A DNA stretch of 58,248 nt, filler included, from Sphacelaria rigidula (lineage: Eukaryota), in NCBI GenBank assembly GCA_964200075.2. It is 5 parts of 5 records of this genome, joined end to end, with 100 filler letters (N's around TTAATTAATTAA, not from the genome) between each part and the next. Parts side by side here need not be neighbours in the genome. Positions count along the whole stretch, not along the records: positions 1 to 11,571 come from CAXNAA020004765.1; positions 11,672 to 23,241 come from CAXNAA020004766.1; 3 more parts are not named here. The stretch is one strand, 5' to 3'. A program made the translations under genes and the position numbers. This document shows positions 1 to 12,133 of the stretch, in pieces (within the stretch, counting starts at the first letter, position 1; every line of letters starts with the position of its first letter). The notes beneath the pieces were generated by a model. It searched no databases. It saw nothing but the letters and a program-made list of their open reading frames with translations, and was not told the origin of the DNA.

Positions 1-182
1 ACGAGCAAGATCCAAGGATATGTACGAAGGGAGGGGGGGTGTACTCATGATCATGTATGTCATTCATGAGTACACCCCCCCTCTCTTTGTCCATATCCTT
101 GGATTTTGCTCGTTTTTATAGTCATTCATGATAATGAGAACACCCCCGCTCCCTTCGTACATATCCTTGGATTTCGCTCGTT
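1..182. repeat. Inverted repeat: one ~50-bp left arm and two right-arm copies
   Basis: 1-50 (acgagcaagatccaaggatatgtacgaagggagggggggtgtactcatga) is an imperfect reverse complement of both ~65-113 and ~135-182. Confidence 0.85.
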
Positions 183-1280
183 TTTTGTCCCTTTTTTTTT
201 GTCTTGTCCCTTTCGGGAGTTTCCTCAAGCGAGTCTTTCCGTTTCGTTCACTTTGGCTGCGTCCATCTTTTGATCATATTATAATCAGAAAGTTATCTGG
301 TGGTTTACTATAAACAAGTAGGCTAATGGTACGACACTAGACTCGGGTACTTGCACTCGGCCCTCTCCCACCTGAATCGAGTGGTGACACATATGCAAGT
401 GAAAGAGATGCGTATGCTGGCCGCACCTGCTCAAATCGATCCGAAAACGCAAGAATTCCACTCGCCAATCTGTTCCGCGGACTCTCGTGGCAAATGATCT
501 AGTTATAATTCTCCACAATTTGCTCCGTCAACCCATACCCGAAATCACCCTTACCAACCTTGCAGAGGATGATCTGCTCGAACCGTGGCGTTTGATAATC
601 CTTCTCATGTGTTTCCCAAGAAATTCGGGTAACCCCTGGTTGACACTACCCCCAAATTCGAACCCCCTAGATCTGGGTCATGATCGTTGAAGAGATGTTT
701 GTTGGCTGTATTGATGGTTGCAGCACTGACAGCTGTAACGGCATTACGGTCCTTTGGGTGCACAACTCAGTGTACAGCGAGAAGGGGGAACAGCTCGCGC
801 AAACTGCGTATTCCCAACATTGTGCCCGTTCAGACAAAAAAACTTAGTTTTGCCCATAACGGCATCGCGGCTTGTCGAGTCATGCACGAAAACATTGGAT
901 GAGTCACGTGTACGGACGTGATTGTCGGCACCATGCGACGTTATTTATTCACACTGCGTATGGTTTCTGAGCACAGCTGGTGCTGCATCGGGAATATTGC
1001 AGAGCCTTTGCTACCAACGTGTAGATAGAGGAAGGCGGGTCTATCCATACTGACTGTGGCCGGGGCGTTGTCATGCGTGTCGTGCTTTCGAACACTGCCT
1101 AGCCACACACACACATGGAGAGAAGTAATTTTTGGAACCACCCTGCTTTTCTGATGTAATCGCCTTTCCGCCCCAATGATATGTTTGATATGGCCTCACC
1201 ACCGAAGTCCCACATTATCCGAGTATCTGTAGACTTTTACACGTTTCATACATGATGCAAAGGACAGGGAATATGGGGGC

Positions 1281-4183
1281 TGTAGACTTGTCTGGATTCA
1301 GAACAAGGTCTCAGTGCCTGCCTCAAAGGCTTCCTCCCCGTCAGGGGTTCAAAGACTTCAAGACGAAGCAGTTACATGAACAGTCGCTGTCGTTAAACAG
1401 GAAGTGACCTCTGCACCTCCACGCACACACATCACACATCATATGTCAAGCTGTCATAGTAATATTCCAGAGAATATCCCATGACCAAGTCTCATGTAAA
1501 CATCATATCAATATCTTCTGTATCAACACACAGCTCATGATGCACCTGCAAGTGTGCTGGAGGTGGACTACTCTGCAGCACCCCCAAAACTCGACACTAC
1601 TCGAAGTAGGAAACAAGTTTTACAAGCAGTAGACACCGACAATCACGTATATGCTACCTTTGTCCGCATGTTGGTGACACACGACCATGCAATGTCATGT
1701 TCCACAACAGGAAAGGACAAATAGTCTTGAAGTATTTCACTCTGCGTTCAGGCGTCAAATCCAGCCCGAAACAAGCGTCTGGACTCCACCCCCGCAAATA
1801 GCCTCAAACGTCAGGGAACTTGGAATTTCAAGCATTCCCACCATTTTCATCGTATTCCACTAAAAAATACTCGCGTTACACCTTCTCACACAAGAACCCA
1901 TGCATTTCGGGAGCGTCTCCCCTCATGTTCACGCCAGCAACAGTACTCATCAGCCCATACAGTCAGTAGCGCAAAGCGCAAAACGATCATCTCGCCCCAT
2001 TTGCGAACAGGAATCATTTTGATGTACCTCATGCAGCGTTCAGCAGTATTTGAAAACTGCTGCGACATGACTATTCGCCCAACACCATGCACATCAATAA
2101 CACGTTGTAGCCAAAATCCATATATGCATGCCAGAATTTCACCCATAATATGCAAAGGAACCTCAGTCTCAAATACCGTGCATCATGCGCTCACCAAAAC
2201 AATTCAATGCACAGATACAACAACATGCATGTGCATACCGGCATACGCAATACGATCATATTCGCTCGACCGCCATGCCTCATGCGCAAACAAAAGTATA
2301 AGCAGGACTACAGACAACACCACAACAAACTACAATCGTACCCAAAAGATTCTAGAATATACTATTCTTTGCGTTTCATCAGTCGCAATCTCAACAAGCA
2401 CTCAATCACACCAGCACTTGCTCCCCAGAATCATCCCACTCGGGGCTCACCACCAGCAAGTACCTCAGAGTAATGCCTTCCGTGTATTCCTCCAGCCCAC
2501 TTCGGACAAACAGCAGCAGTCGGACTACAACATCATGCACACCATAGCCCAGCGTTTCCAGTCGAACACTCACTCCGCGTACCATCGGTCCAGCTACGTT
2601 TAGCACCCCCACAGTGCCACCCAGCTCGCCATCCAACGGCATATCAAAACCGTCAGACCAATGCGACAAATCCTGTGCCTCCACAGATACCCCCGCATTG
2701 ATGGAAAAGTTGTTCTCGGGTCGGTTTTCCGGAATGGAAGCGGGACGGGAACACCCACACGGTCCCGTTCAGCAACACCTCCCGATGGCTTCAAGCCATC
2801 CTCCTCAGACAGTTCACGCAGAAGAGAAATTTCCGTCATCCTCGCCGCACACGCCAAAGCTGTCCATATAAACAGCAGGTACGACCAATCCAACACCACG
2901 CAAGGCGTGGCGTCGTCGTAGGAATGTTGATCGCGAGCAGCAGTACAAGCCTGAAACTTGCCCTGCCTACCCGCTGCACAGGGTTACACTCCCCTGTCGC
3001 TTCAATCACCCCCAGTTACACGCCGGTGGTCATCGACCGCAAGTCGATCACGCGGATCTTCATCCGCCAACTTGGAATCCACCTCTTCTTGAAGCAGATA
3101 TTCGTGCCAAGCAGTGCTTTCTCCCACCATATCACGGTGGCAGATAAGATTGACGTGAGTATCGCGAGCTCCGGGCTCGCGCTGCGCACTAGTATCATCA
3201 CACATATGACACCCCCGCCCCCAATAGTACCATAGGCATCGGGCTACCGCACTTTTTTTCGTCGCGCTGCTTTGCTCATCGTTTTTTTTTTTCATCTCCC
3301 ACAGTTCAGCCACCCCAAGCGCTACATGGTACACCACTTCTGGGGTTTCCTACCACCCCCTCATGTATAACCTGTTTGGAAGTGTATTCTGAACTCTACA
3401 GGAGCCATGCCGGCAAGCATGACTCTGATGATGTGTGCCGGTTCTGCCTTGAAGGTACGGTCTCGATAGCGAAATACACGGGCAGCACCCTGATTTCCTT
3501 GAAATATGCGTTCAAAGAGCTCCACTGACCTTATACTCGACACATTGCAGTTGATTCAGATCGAACAACCAATGCCTTTTTCACACCAGCTGCCGCCTCA
3601 TACGGATCAATTTCCATTTTTGTGAGCTGCCTCCCGAATACAGGAACAGCAACTCCACCCGTACACCAAAGCAAGCCCTGTCACCATACTATGACGACCA
3701 CAGCACCTCTTTTTCGCGCAGTTCTCACGACGTTTTGAAGTTCTTCGTAGACTCCTTGCCTGACGCCATCTTCAATGGCTTCCGGCACCTGTTCACCGTC
3801 GCGTCTTCCCCCCCTCTTATTCAACGAGCGTCCTCGCTTTTTTGCAGCGTTCAGCGACTCAGTTCAGAAACCACAAGTTTCCTGAAAAAATATATATTGT
3901 AGACTTTTCTGGGTTCAGAACAAGGTCTCAGTGCTTCTCCAAAGGCTTCTTCCCGGGCAGGACTTCAGAGACTTGCAAGACGAGGCAGTTGTACAAACAG
4001 TTGTCTTCGTTAAACCGGAAGTGACCTCTTCACCTCATCGCACACACATCATATCTCAAGCAGTCATACTCCAGAGCATATCCCATGATATAGTCTCATG
4101 GACATCTCATGTTCATATCTCCTGTACCAACCGACAAAAAATATGATGCACCTGCACGTGTGCTCGAGGTGGACTACTCTACA
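1281..4183 (-). mobile_element. Decayed LTR retroelement, probably non-autonomous; LTRs at 1281-1577 and 3898-4183
   Basis: Two ~290-bp diverged direct repeats both start TGTAGAC and end CTCT(G/A)CA (TG...CA termini). A G-rich PPT-like tract (ttttgggggtgc on -) abuts 1577. No gag/pol motifs recognised inside and no clean TSD (ggggc vs gggtg). Confidence 0.75.
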
Positions 4184-5310
4184 GGGTGGAGCACAAATTT
4201 CCGGGCGAAAGTCACTTCGGTGGGCTCCGAACGGAAAGGTTTTTCGGCGATAAAAATGGCAACACTTGCGCCATAAAGCCCGAGTGCTTGCATAAAAACG
4301 GGATACCTGCACCACAGGGCTTAAGGGAGGGCGAAAAAAAGGTGGATACTGGACTCTTATAGCTCCAAGAACGACATCTTGCGTGTAGCACGAACATTAT
4401 TCGAAGTAAATATAATATCTAGTGTCGAACATTTTTTCATCACCCCTGGCCCCCCGTGACATGTTTCCCACATGTTGTTTGTGAAACGAATAGTGTTGGA
4501 CGCTGATAGAGCGAGATCTGATCTCGCGGCTGGGCGTTGGTCGGAGCGCTCTCGCCACCTTTTTTCACGCTGCAAGTCCCCCCACCCCTTTTGGGGACTA
4601 GCCCGCGGTCTCAAGGGATCAACTCGTCTTTCCCCCGGAGCTACTCGTTCTCGCGTTCGATGGACCTTGACCTGGCTTTTGTTATCTCTGCGGTACAGTG
4701 CGGGTGTTCCGCGGTATTTTTACTGTGCAGTTTCGGTGAACCACAATGAAGAAGTAGCGCGTGCGATCACAGTCCGCGGAAAGTACGGTACGGCACGGTT
4801 CGGTACGGAAGCATTGGCGGTACGGTATGCACGGTCAATAAAAAAAACGAGGTTACGTGGTACAACGGTTCATGGTTGATGGATTCTGCAAATATGCGCT
4901 GTACCACAGATAACGTTCAAATACCGGAGTGAAGCGCTGTGCTTGACCGCTGCAGAAGCGCCGAGGACAGTCCTGTGACTGAATACTTTGAAATGAGCAT
5001 TCAGAATAGAACCCTAGCTCGCTGTGGTTTTGTCCTGTCATTGCCGAAAAACGTTTTCAAGTTTCTTCTGTCATCTGCGAAGTGTCAAAACTGACATCGC
5101 AAGGTTCCCCGAGGTCTGGAATTGTAGTGTCATCGTACCTGCCTTGTTTTGTGACACTGTGGAAAAGCACTCCCTCTCGCTAGTCACAGTGGAACTGACG
5201 GCAACGTTGTGAGCGACCCATGCGCACTCGCGTTTCGATCTAGGTTTGAGAATTAACGTTTTCAGTCTAGGAATCATCTCCATCATCGATGAATCGTTCT
5301 CCAACTCATC

Positions 5311-5860
5311 TTACAAATCACGGGGGACGCGGGGTTGAGTCCAGGAGAAATGAACAACAGCCAATGTACACTTTAGCTGAATTTTTTCGGTCAGGCAACC
5401 TGCGTCATAATCTGTGCGTGTAAACAACAATGTCACCGCACGCCTCGGTGCAAATTTGGTACTGTACCTCTCAGGTTTGCGAATACTGGAACAGCGGTAT
5501 GTCCCCTTGGGGCTTGACAGCTGACGCGTATGGGTTAAGTTGGCTTCACCCAAATAGTGCAGCCCAACTCCAATGCCATGTACACTAGCAAACAGCGGAT
5601 GCCCGTGTATTTGTAGAACATTTGTGTTCTGTTCTGGTTGGACAGCCGTGGCTGCGGTCGATGCAATCCAAGAGTGATGATTCGTACTAAAATACGAATG
5701 GGTCCAGGAACGGTGCAGCCAAACCGCGCACATGCATAACAGTTCACGTTTCCCCACGAAGAAAATAATGTTTCGCTGTCGATGTAAGGCGCTCAAGATC
5801 CTTTCCTCCGACACGTTTGCTTCACCAAGACTGCCGATACCTGATACTCATCTCCCTAAT
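5311..5860 (-). pseudogene. Frameshifted relic of an ISL2EU/Harbinger-like DDE transposase
   Basis: Ordered motifs across frames: EANVSEERILSALHRQR (cf. D.TE...ERP.S...QR), FGCTVPGPIRILV (cf. GCTP.G.I.FVS), VFANLRGTV (cf. IA.LR..VE). Recognised by eye only. Confidence 0.4.
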
Positions 5861-6908
5861 GGACCAGGTCACGGTATCCATCCTTGGATCGTACACGACT
5901 GTAGCTCCCGCTGACACTCGTCTTTTCCCTCGATTGTTTCTCTGTCCAGGTTGAGAGAGTTCCTCTACAGTACGTGCCGTAACCAAGCGTCCCTGGACAA
6001 TCTGGAGGATAGTTTGCTCCCTGCATATGAAGACAGCGGACCATCTCAGCCCCCGACCGCCCCCGACACTGGGCTGCCAAGAGCCAGCGCCAGCGTTTCA
6101 GGTATTGAGGATAGGAAACAGCGGCACCATTGAACTATGATGAGAGTATTTGCTATACACGAGGGAACGCAAGGTGCCACTACCAGCCAACACTTGATAA
6201 AAGCTCATATGCCATTCTCCCCCGTAAAAACCTGGTTGGGCTGTTTTGTTGTATGATTTGCTACTCAGTCTCCCCTCGCTCTTGCGGATTTTCCCCCTCT
6301 CGATTTTCCTTCCTGAGTTTTCTGCTCTCCACTCCTTGAGTGGGTCTATCTTGGGACCGCGGTTCGATTCGTAGCGCGTCGATGCATGTACGACAAACAA
6401 TCAATGTATCCGATCCGCTGGCGTTTTTTCTCAGATGATACCCCGAGATTACAACACTCGCGTATGCGACTGCTGTGGTCACGTAGTATTGGCGGGTTCA
6501 GGTATCACGGTTATTTTGCGCAACTACGTGATGAATTAACTACACGCTGTTGTCAGGAAAAGCAACCCCTCAACAAGATCCATTGCGCCGATCATGTCAT
6601 CAGGTGAAGAAGACCAGTCGGACGGTCAGGAACGGCGCGGAAAAGAACAATCAAACTTTGGTCAAGACCAGAGTGCTCAAGTATGATTTATGTGTATTTT
6701 GTTGGCTGCTTCCTAGGAAGGTTGTCGGGGGTGACTCGAGTGATCGAAAAGCCGTTGCGAGGCCTATGACGTCTGTGATGTACCTGCTCGAGGCGCAGTG
6801 ACGCTGAACGGTGACGTCACACGTCATGTACCACGATAATGTGGTGGTTGCAGAGTTCCGAAGAGCCACCGTGCAGCGCTCTATCATTGGTTACCACCGT
6901 ACATTTTT

Positions 6909-7046
6909 CACACCCTGGACGATAGGTTACATTGTCGAAACGTGTATTGCGTACAGTATCTATTATTGCGTCCTTTGCAAGGTATAATGGATTCCATACT
7001 GTACGCAGTACATTTTTGAACAATGCAATCCATTGTCCAGGGTTTG
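6909..7046. mobile_element. MITE (~138 bp), same family as 42484-42624
   Basis: TIRs CACACCCTGGAC...GTCCAGGGTTTG; degenerate 8-bp TSD (acattttt/attttttt); internal sequence homologous to 42484-42624. Confidence 0.75.
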
Positions 7047-7759
7047 ATTTTTTTTGCAGATTTGAATTACGTATTTGTTACGGTGTGGGGTGGGAGTTGG
7101 CGTTAACGGGGGGAGCGGCTTCATGAGAATGTTGGTCCCGTGTTTGCTCGTTTCTTTCTGCTCTCGTCGTTAGTCTCTCGGCCATGGTCTGCTGCGACTG
7201 CTGTTTGTAAATGTGTGTTCGTGTGTCCTCGTCGAGCCGGTTTTGATTATCACAGCGCCGTCTCCCTCGACGGGGTCTGCCCAAAAGTTGTAGCACCACG
7301 TGGTGATTATTGTATTGTGTTTAGTCCGGCGACTTTCCGCTATCCGAGTCCCCTAGTTGGTCTTGTGGTATTCTCTTTTGTTCGATGGTTTGTGCGTATC
7401 TTGGCAATATATAATATATGTTGTAGTTACTCCTGTTGGTGTTGGGTGTTTCTAGGTTGTTGTTGTGAATTCTGTCTGTTGACTGTACTACTGGTGATCA
7501 ATTGTCAGGCACAAAAGTGGTCATCCATGGGTTACGGGGTCGGAAAAGAAATGCATGTATCCTAAATGTACACTCAGTACTTTCGTTCGATTTTCTCAAG
7601 TATTCTTGGAAATTAACCAATTCGAGCAAGACGGCCATTCAATGCGAGCTCGAATCATAACTTGTGTCCGTATTTTCGTAAGAGTTTTCGGCAACGTGAA
7701 AGGCGGTTTGAGCACAACAACCGCCCCCAAATGTGTTGCTGGAGACTTTCAACTACACT

Positions 7760-8030
7760 GCACCCCAACCAGCAACCACGACACAACACATGCATGGGAG
7801 CGGGTGGCATGAGCTATATACTCGTCTGTGTTTTGTGTCAGCAGTGATGCAACACACGAGCTAGCCAGTTGGCCAGGTCGACAGGGTGGCACTCCGAGGT
7901 AAATCCTGTAGCTGCGGAGGTTTACCCGAAGTTGGGGCAAATACGTTCATGGAGATGAGACATATGTGAATCGGTATCAAATTCGACCGACCGGGTTGAG
8001 AAGGCTGCACCCTCCCCGCAACACCAAAAC
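7760..8030 (+). mobile_element. 5' fragment of an RTE-like LINE (leader hairpin, PAM2-like motif, N-terminal peptide)
   Basis: Homologous to the reverse complement of ~33180-33560. Shares ctgtgtt..gtgtca-loop-tgatgcaacacac. Translates to SEVNPVAAEVYP and, after a frameshift, HGDETYVNRYQIRPTGLRRLHP (cf. DGDEARVSKYQIWRTG...GRLHP). Confidence 0.75.
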
Positions 8031-9724
8031 TCGAGGCATACTTCCTCTGTCTCGTAAGTCTGGGCACTTACGGTTGTACGAGCCCTTAACGGTGTGACAA
8101 ATGCGATTTTCGATATTCTTATTGCACTCGTCGGCGTTTTCTTAGCTAAAACCAACATTCTTTCTACAACGTAGGTGGTTGACCCATGCAGCAGCAAAAA
8201 AAGTAGGTCGGTCCAAAAACGGCCATTTTTCGCTCGTTTTCCCAGGATAGCATGAGAGACCCGGGCACACGAAAAAACGCGAAAAATGGGCCAGAAAGTG
8301 AAAGTCGCGAAACAAACATTGATTTTGGACATGTCCGTGATATTAACCTACGCACGCCCCATCCAACATTTTATCAGCAAGTAATTGCTACTGCTCGACG
8401 TGAAAACGTCCATAATCGGTCAATGAGTGGTATATTTCGACATAATTTTAATGATTAAAACAAGATTTTCTTTCGTTATTTTTTCTTCATCAGCTTCGTC
8501 TGCGTTTAACCTCTCTAAAGAAACCAACCATAGGATGATCGTCAACGTTGAAATACCCAAACGATCAAACGCCCATAAGTGCTCAGACTTAAGAGACAAG
8601 AAGTATATCATGGCCGACGTGCCAAGGTCTGGTTCACGCCTGACACCCGAAATTGCGGTATGCCCTCTGCAGGCCCTACCCAATAGTCGCACACATGGTA
8701 TTATACCGGCTGCAATGAACATATGAAGCGGGTGGGATAGCCGGACTTTGGTTGAAAGTTATAGCGGTGGCACGAAGGGCGAAAAGGCACGTCGACCAAT
8801 CAGAGCCCTTCAAAATGCGCCGACATTGAAAACACCGAATCTAAACCCAATATTTACCCGATCACACAGACTTTGAATCACAGTGACCGCCATCAGCTCG
8901 GGAATATCGCAGGGGAACAGAGTTGAAAACCGTTACTATGAGATCAGGTTGTACTCCAGACCGTGATATATGGGTGATTTGGGTTTCGGCGTTGTCTGTA
9001 TTCCATCGATGATACGCACGGAAAACCCACGACGGTTTCCTTTATAGATGTCGTAGAAAGGCTCAGATCGTCCTCAAACTTGACAGTTCCGTACGTCATA
9101 GTGCTCTAAGTGAAAAATACCCATTGCTCACACTATTTCAAAGTCCCTCCGCTCTTTGGCGGCTGTCGGGAGCCTCAGCGTGAGGGCCCCCGTAAGGCAG
9201 TACAGAATGCCTCAAAATAAAAATGAAAAAGCCTGAAGCCGTGCGTCCCGGTTACTCGAAGGGACATTTGTACAAAGTTTGGTTGCGGAATCCGGTAACC
9301 TCGTGCAATTTTTTTAATATACCAAAAAAAGACGTTCTAAAGTGAAATCAAGTAGTCAGTACTTTGCACGTTTCAAGCTCAATTCGCACAAAAGCGCAAA
9401 ATCTCGTGCTGATAGTAGAGTCAGACCATGAAACGTTCCACACATGTATTCTGAGTCATCATGAAACTTTTCATAGGCGAGGTCTGTTGCTTTTCGATTA
9501 TTTCACCGTTTTTTGGGGGTCACATGGGACCCAGGTCCCCGAGAAACAATCCCGTGAACCCTGGGACCCCACATGAGGGGCGCTTGTGGGGAGAAATAAA
9601 AAGTTGTTCCTCGTACGTTTTGTGATGGGCCCACAGCAAATTTGTGTAAAATTCAGCATCTTGACCCCTGAAAACGGTGTGAAGTTTTGCGAATGAATAT
9701 TTTGCGGATGATGAACACGAAGCA

Positions 9725-9965
9725 GCCCGTCGATGAGAAGGAGAAACAAAACCAAAGTGAAGGCAGAGCATAGAGGAAGACGTAACTATAGATGAGGATC
9801 GCGCTGGGTCGCATGGAGGGGGGCTTAAAGTGGCAACCTACAACATCCGCACACTGTCCGTCACGGGAAAGAGCGAGGCTGGTTATGCTAAGGTAGCTGT
9901 GCGAAAGTGTCAAGCGGTACTCGTAATAATATGCGATGCCATCGGACTGCAGGAAACAAGACAGA
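9725..9965 (+). mobile_element. RTE-like LINE fragment, start of the APE endonuclease; probably continues 7760-8030
   Basis: LKVATYNIRTLSVTGK...AIGLQETR matches LKVATYNVRTLSLTGK...VIGLQETT of the LINE at ~32880-33005, including the APE N and E motifs. Confidence 0.85.
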
Positions 9966-9995
9966 CGATAAAGGATGAGCCATCCATCTCACGAA

Positions 9996-10090
9996 TGGGG
10001 GGGGGAGGGGGCGTACTGATTACTCATTTGTTGCTTGCCTTATTCGTTTTACCATTGACCACGCATCCCTTTCGAGACGGAGGCGGGTAT
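9996..10090 (-). mobile_element. 3' end fragment of a second LINE family
   Basis: ggggcgtact...catttgttg...ccttattcgttt..cca.tgaccacgcat.cctttc.agacgga matches 45060-45125, which adjoins a LINE C-terminal coding remnant. Confidence 0.6.
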
Positions 10091-10141
10091 TTCGTTCAGC
10101 GAAACAAGGAGGTACATCAGGGGGCTGCGGGGAAAAGATTT

Positions 10142-10755
10142 CAAGGGCAAGTCGAGTAGAGTATACTCAATATTCGGTATTTTTCCTAAGTCATACTTCG
10201 AGTACCCAGTATTTGAGCAGAGTACTTGAGGTCATGATCAATCCCCTCAATATTTGAGTCGAGTATTGATGCCATACCCAAGTGATACTAAATCCTCAAG
10301 TATTACAGAGAGTATTCGCCCAATCTTTGAGTACCCCGTGAAGTATTGAGGTCGTACTAAATCTACCCGAAAATTGAGTACTGTAGAGTATTCGAGGTCA
10401 CACTCGATCTACCCAAAACTTGAATAGAGTATTGAGCTCATACCTAAGTGATACTTTATACTCAAGTATGACTGAGAGTGTGCTTTCCCAAAACATGGGT
10501 AGAGTATCGGACGTCAGACTCAATCTACCCAAAAATTGAGTTTGGAGGTCATACTCAATATACCCACAGTTTGAGTAGAGTATTGAGGCCATACCCAGGT
10601 GATGCTCTAAACTCGAGTATCACTGAGAGCACTGACCCAAAATTCAAGGAGAGTATTTGAGATCGTACTCAATCTACCCAAAAATTGAGGAGAGCAAATA
10701 CTCAGGTATTTTACCCGAGTATTCAAAAGTACATACTCCACTCGACCTGTCCTTG
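10142..10755. mobile_element. MITE (614 bp) with ~23-bp TIRs, perfect 8-bp TSD and GAGTA/TACTC-rich internal repeats (hAT- or P-like)
   Basis: Left end caagggcaagtcgagtagagtat; reverse complement of right end caaggacaggtcgagtggagtat; TSD aaagattt at 10134-10141 and 10756-10763. Confidence 0.9.
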
Positions 10756-11230
10756 AAAGATTTCGGGACACGTAGGCCCCAAGATCGATAATATGAGTTT
10801 TTGAAGGGGAAGGGAAGGGGGGTAAGGGGAGGGGGGGCGACACCCGGCCCGCCGTCCCCTTGTTTTTTGCCGAGGCGTTGGCGAATGCGGTTAGCTGCCG
10901 TGTACAGAGATCTTTAGCATAGAGACCGCTGAGATGACAGACACGCCGCTCTCCCCAAGCTTATCACTTGCCATGATTACATTTTGGGATCATGTTCCGT
11001 GTCGTGTGCCTCGAGTACCTACCAGTAGCCCGGGCAAGTTTGGCGAGGCGTGAAACATTGTTGCTACTTCGGCTATAGGCTGTCGCTACCGTTCGCTCGT
11101 GTACATACATGTATTGGAGCGTGGCCGGCATCGGAGGTCATCGGGACAGAGCGGGCAAGTAGGGGACAGAAGCAAATACACGAACCCCGCAAAGCCCACC
11201 GGCCAGACCTTTCTGTTTTTGTCTGTGTTT

Positions 11231-11486
11231 TGTATAGCCTCTGCCAGACGATCTGGACAACAGGACTTTCAACGAGGGACTCCTCCAGTATCACTGGCCT
11301 CGTGCTCGACAAGTCCTTCCTTCTAACTTGTTACTATCTCGGAGTGATCTCCAACAGATCACGAGCCAGACAGCAAGGGGTCACACAGAAAAGGGACATA
11401 AATCCAGAATCCCCTATCCCCTGCCACTGCTCCAATCATGCATGCGATTATACTGAAACCCTACGGCTTGGTATAATTTAGCTACA
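11231..11486 (-). mobile_element. Possible LTR next to the scaffold end
   Basis: TGTATAGC...GCTACA termini, followed by gcaccctcaaa, nearly the same PPT-like flank as after the LTR ending at 1577 (gcacccccaaa). No partner LTR is visible. Confidence 0.4.
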
Positions 11487-11571
11487 GCACCCTCAAAGCG
11501 AGTTTAACCCTTTGGGAACTCAAGTGCTGATTCTTGTTTTGTGAATCTTTGTGAATCGGCATCATTTTGAC

Positions 11572-11671
11572 NNNNNNNNNNNNNNNNNNNNNNNNNNNNN
11601 NNNNNNNNNNNNNNNTTAATTAATTAANNNNNNNNNNNNNNNNNNNNNNNNNNNNNNNNNNNNNNNNNNNN
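11572..11671. other. Artificial scaffold spacer
   Basis: N44-TTAATTAATTAA-N44, which places stop codons in all six frames. Confidence 0.98.
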
Positions 11672-11855
11672 TGCTCTTAATCATGCTGCGTTTGAAACGG
11701 AACTATTTTCGCCGCATTTTTCGCCGACAAAGCACTTGGCGTTTGCCTGCTCGTTGCTGTCTCGGCGTGTTCTGTTGATTGTACATATTCTTAGTAGAGG
11801 TCCTGCCTATACTGTCTGTAGAGGTGTTGCAAGTACCGCGGTTAGAGCTCGTGAA

Positions 11856-12096
11856 TGATGCTGCGATAGGGTCTGCACTTTTGGGGCCAAAACCGGCCTG
11901 AGAGCCACGAGAGTAATGTTCCATCGAGAACATTGTGACCTCCGTCCGAACCTCAGACTAGAATGATCTCATGGGTCATGGGTGCATGTTCCACCCTGAG
12001 GCTCTAAGAGCTGTGATGAGAGTCAAAGGTGATTCGACATGCCTAAATCCCGATTTCCTCTCAGGCCGCAAAAGCGCAGACCCTATCGCAGCATCA
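11856..12096. mobile_element. MITE-like element with ~28-bp TIRs
   Basis: tgatgctgcgatagggtctgcacttttg vs caaaagcgcagaccctatcgcagcatca (one mismatch). TSD not evident. Confidence 0.7.
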
Positions 12097-12133
12097 CTCT
12101 GGTGCTGGTGCTGTGTGTACCACCCGATACTCG

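Noticed and set aside
2001-2603. 200-aa ORF inside the LTR element as gag
   Set aside because: T/S/Q/H-rich compositional ORF with no zinc knuckle or capsid-like motif.
10150-10740. CRISPR-like array
   Set aside because: Repeats are degenerate, occur in both orientations, have no unique spacers, and are bounded by TIRs and a TSD in eukaryotic DNA.
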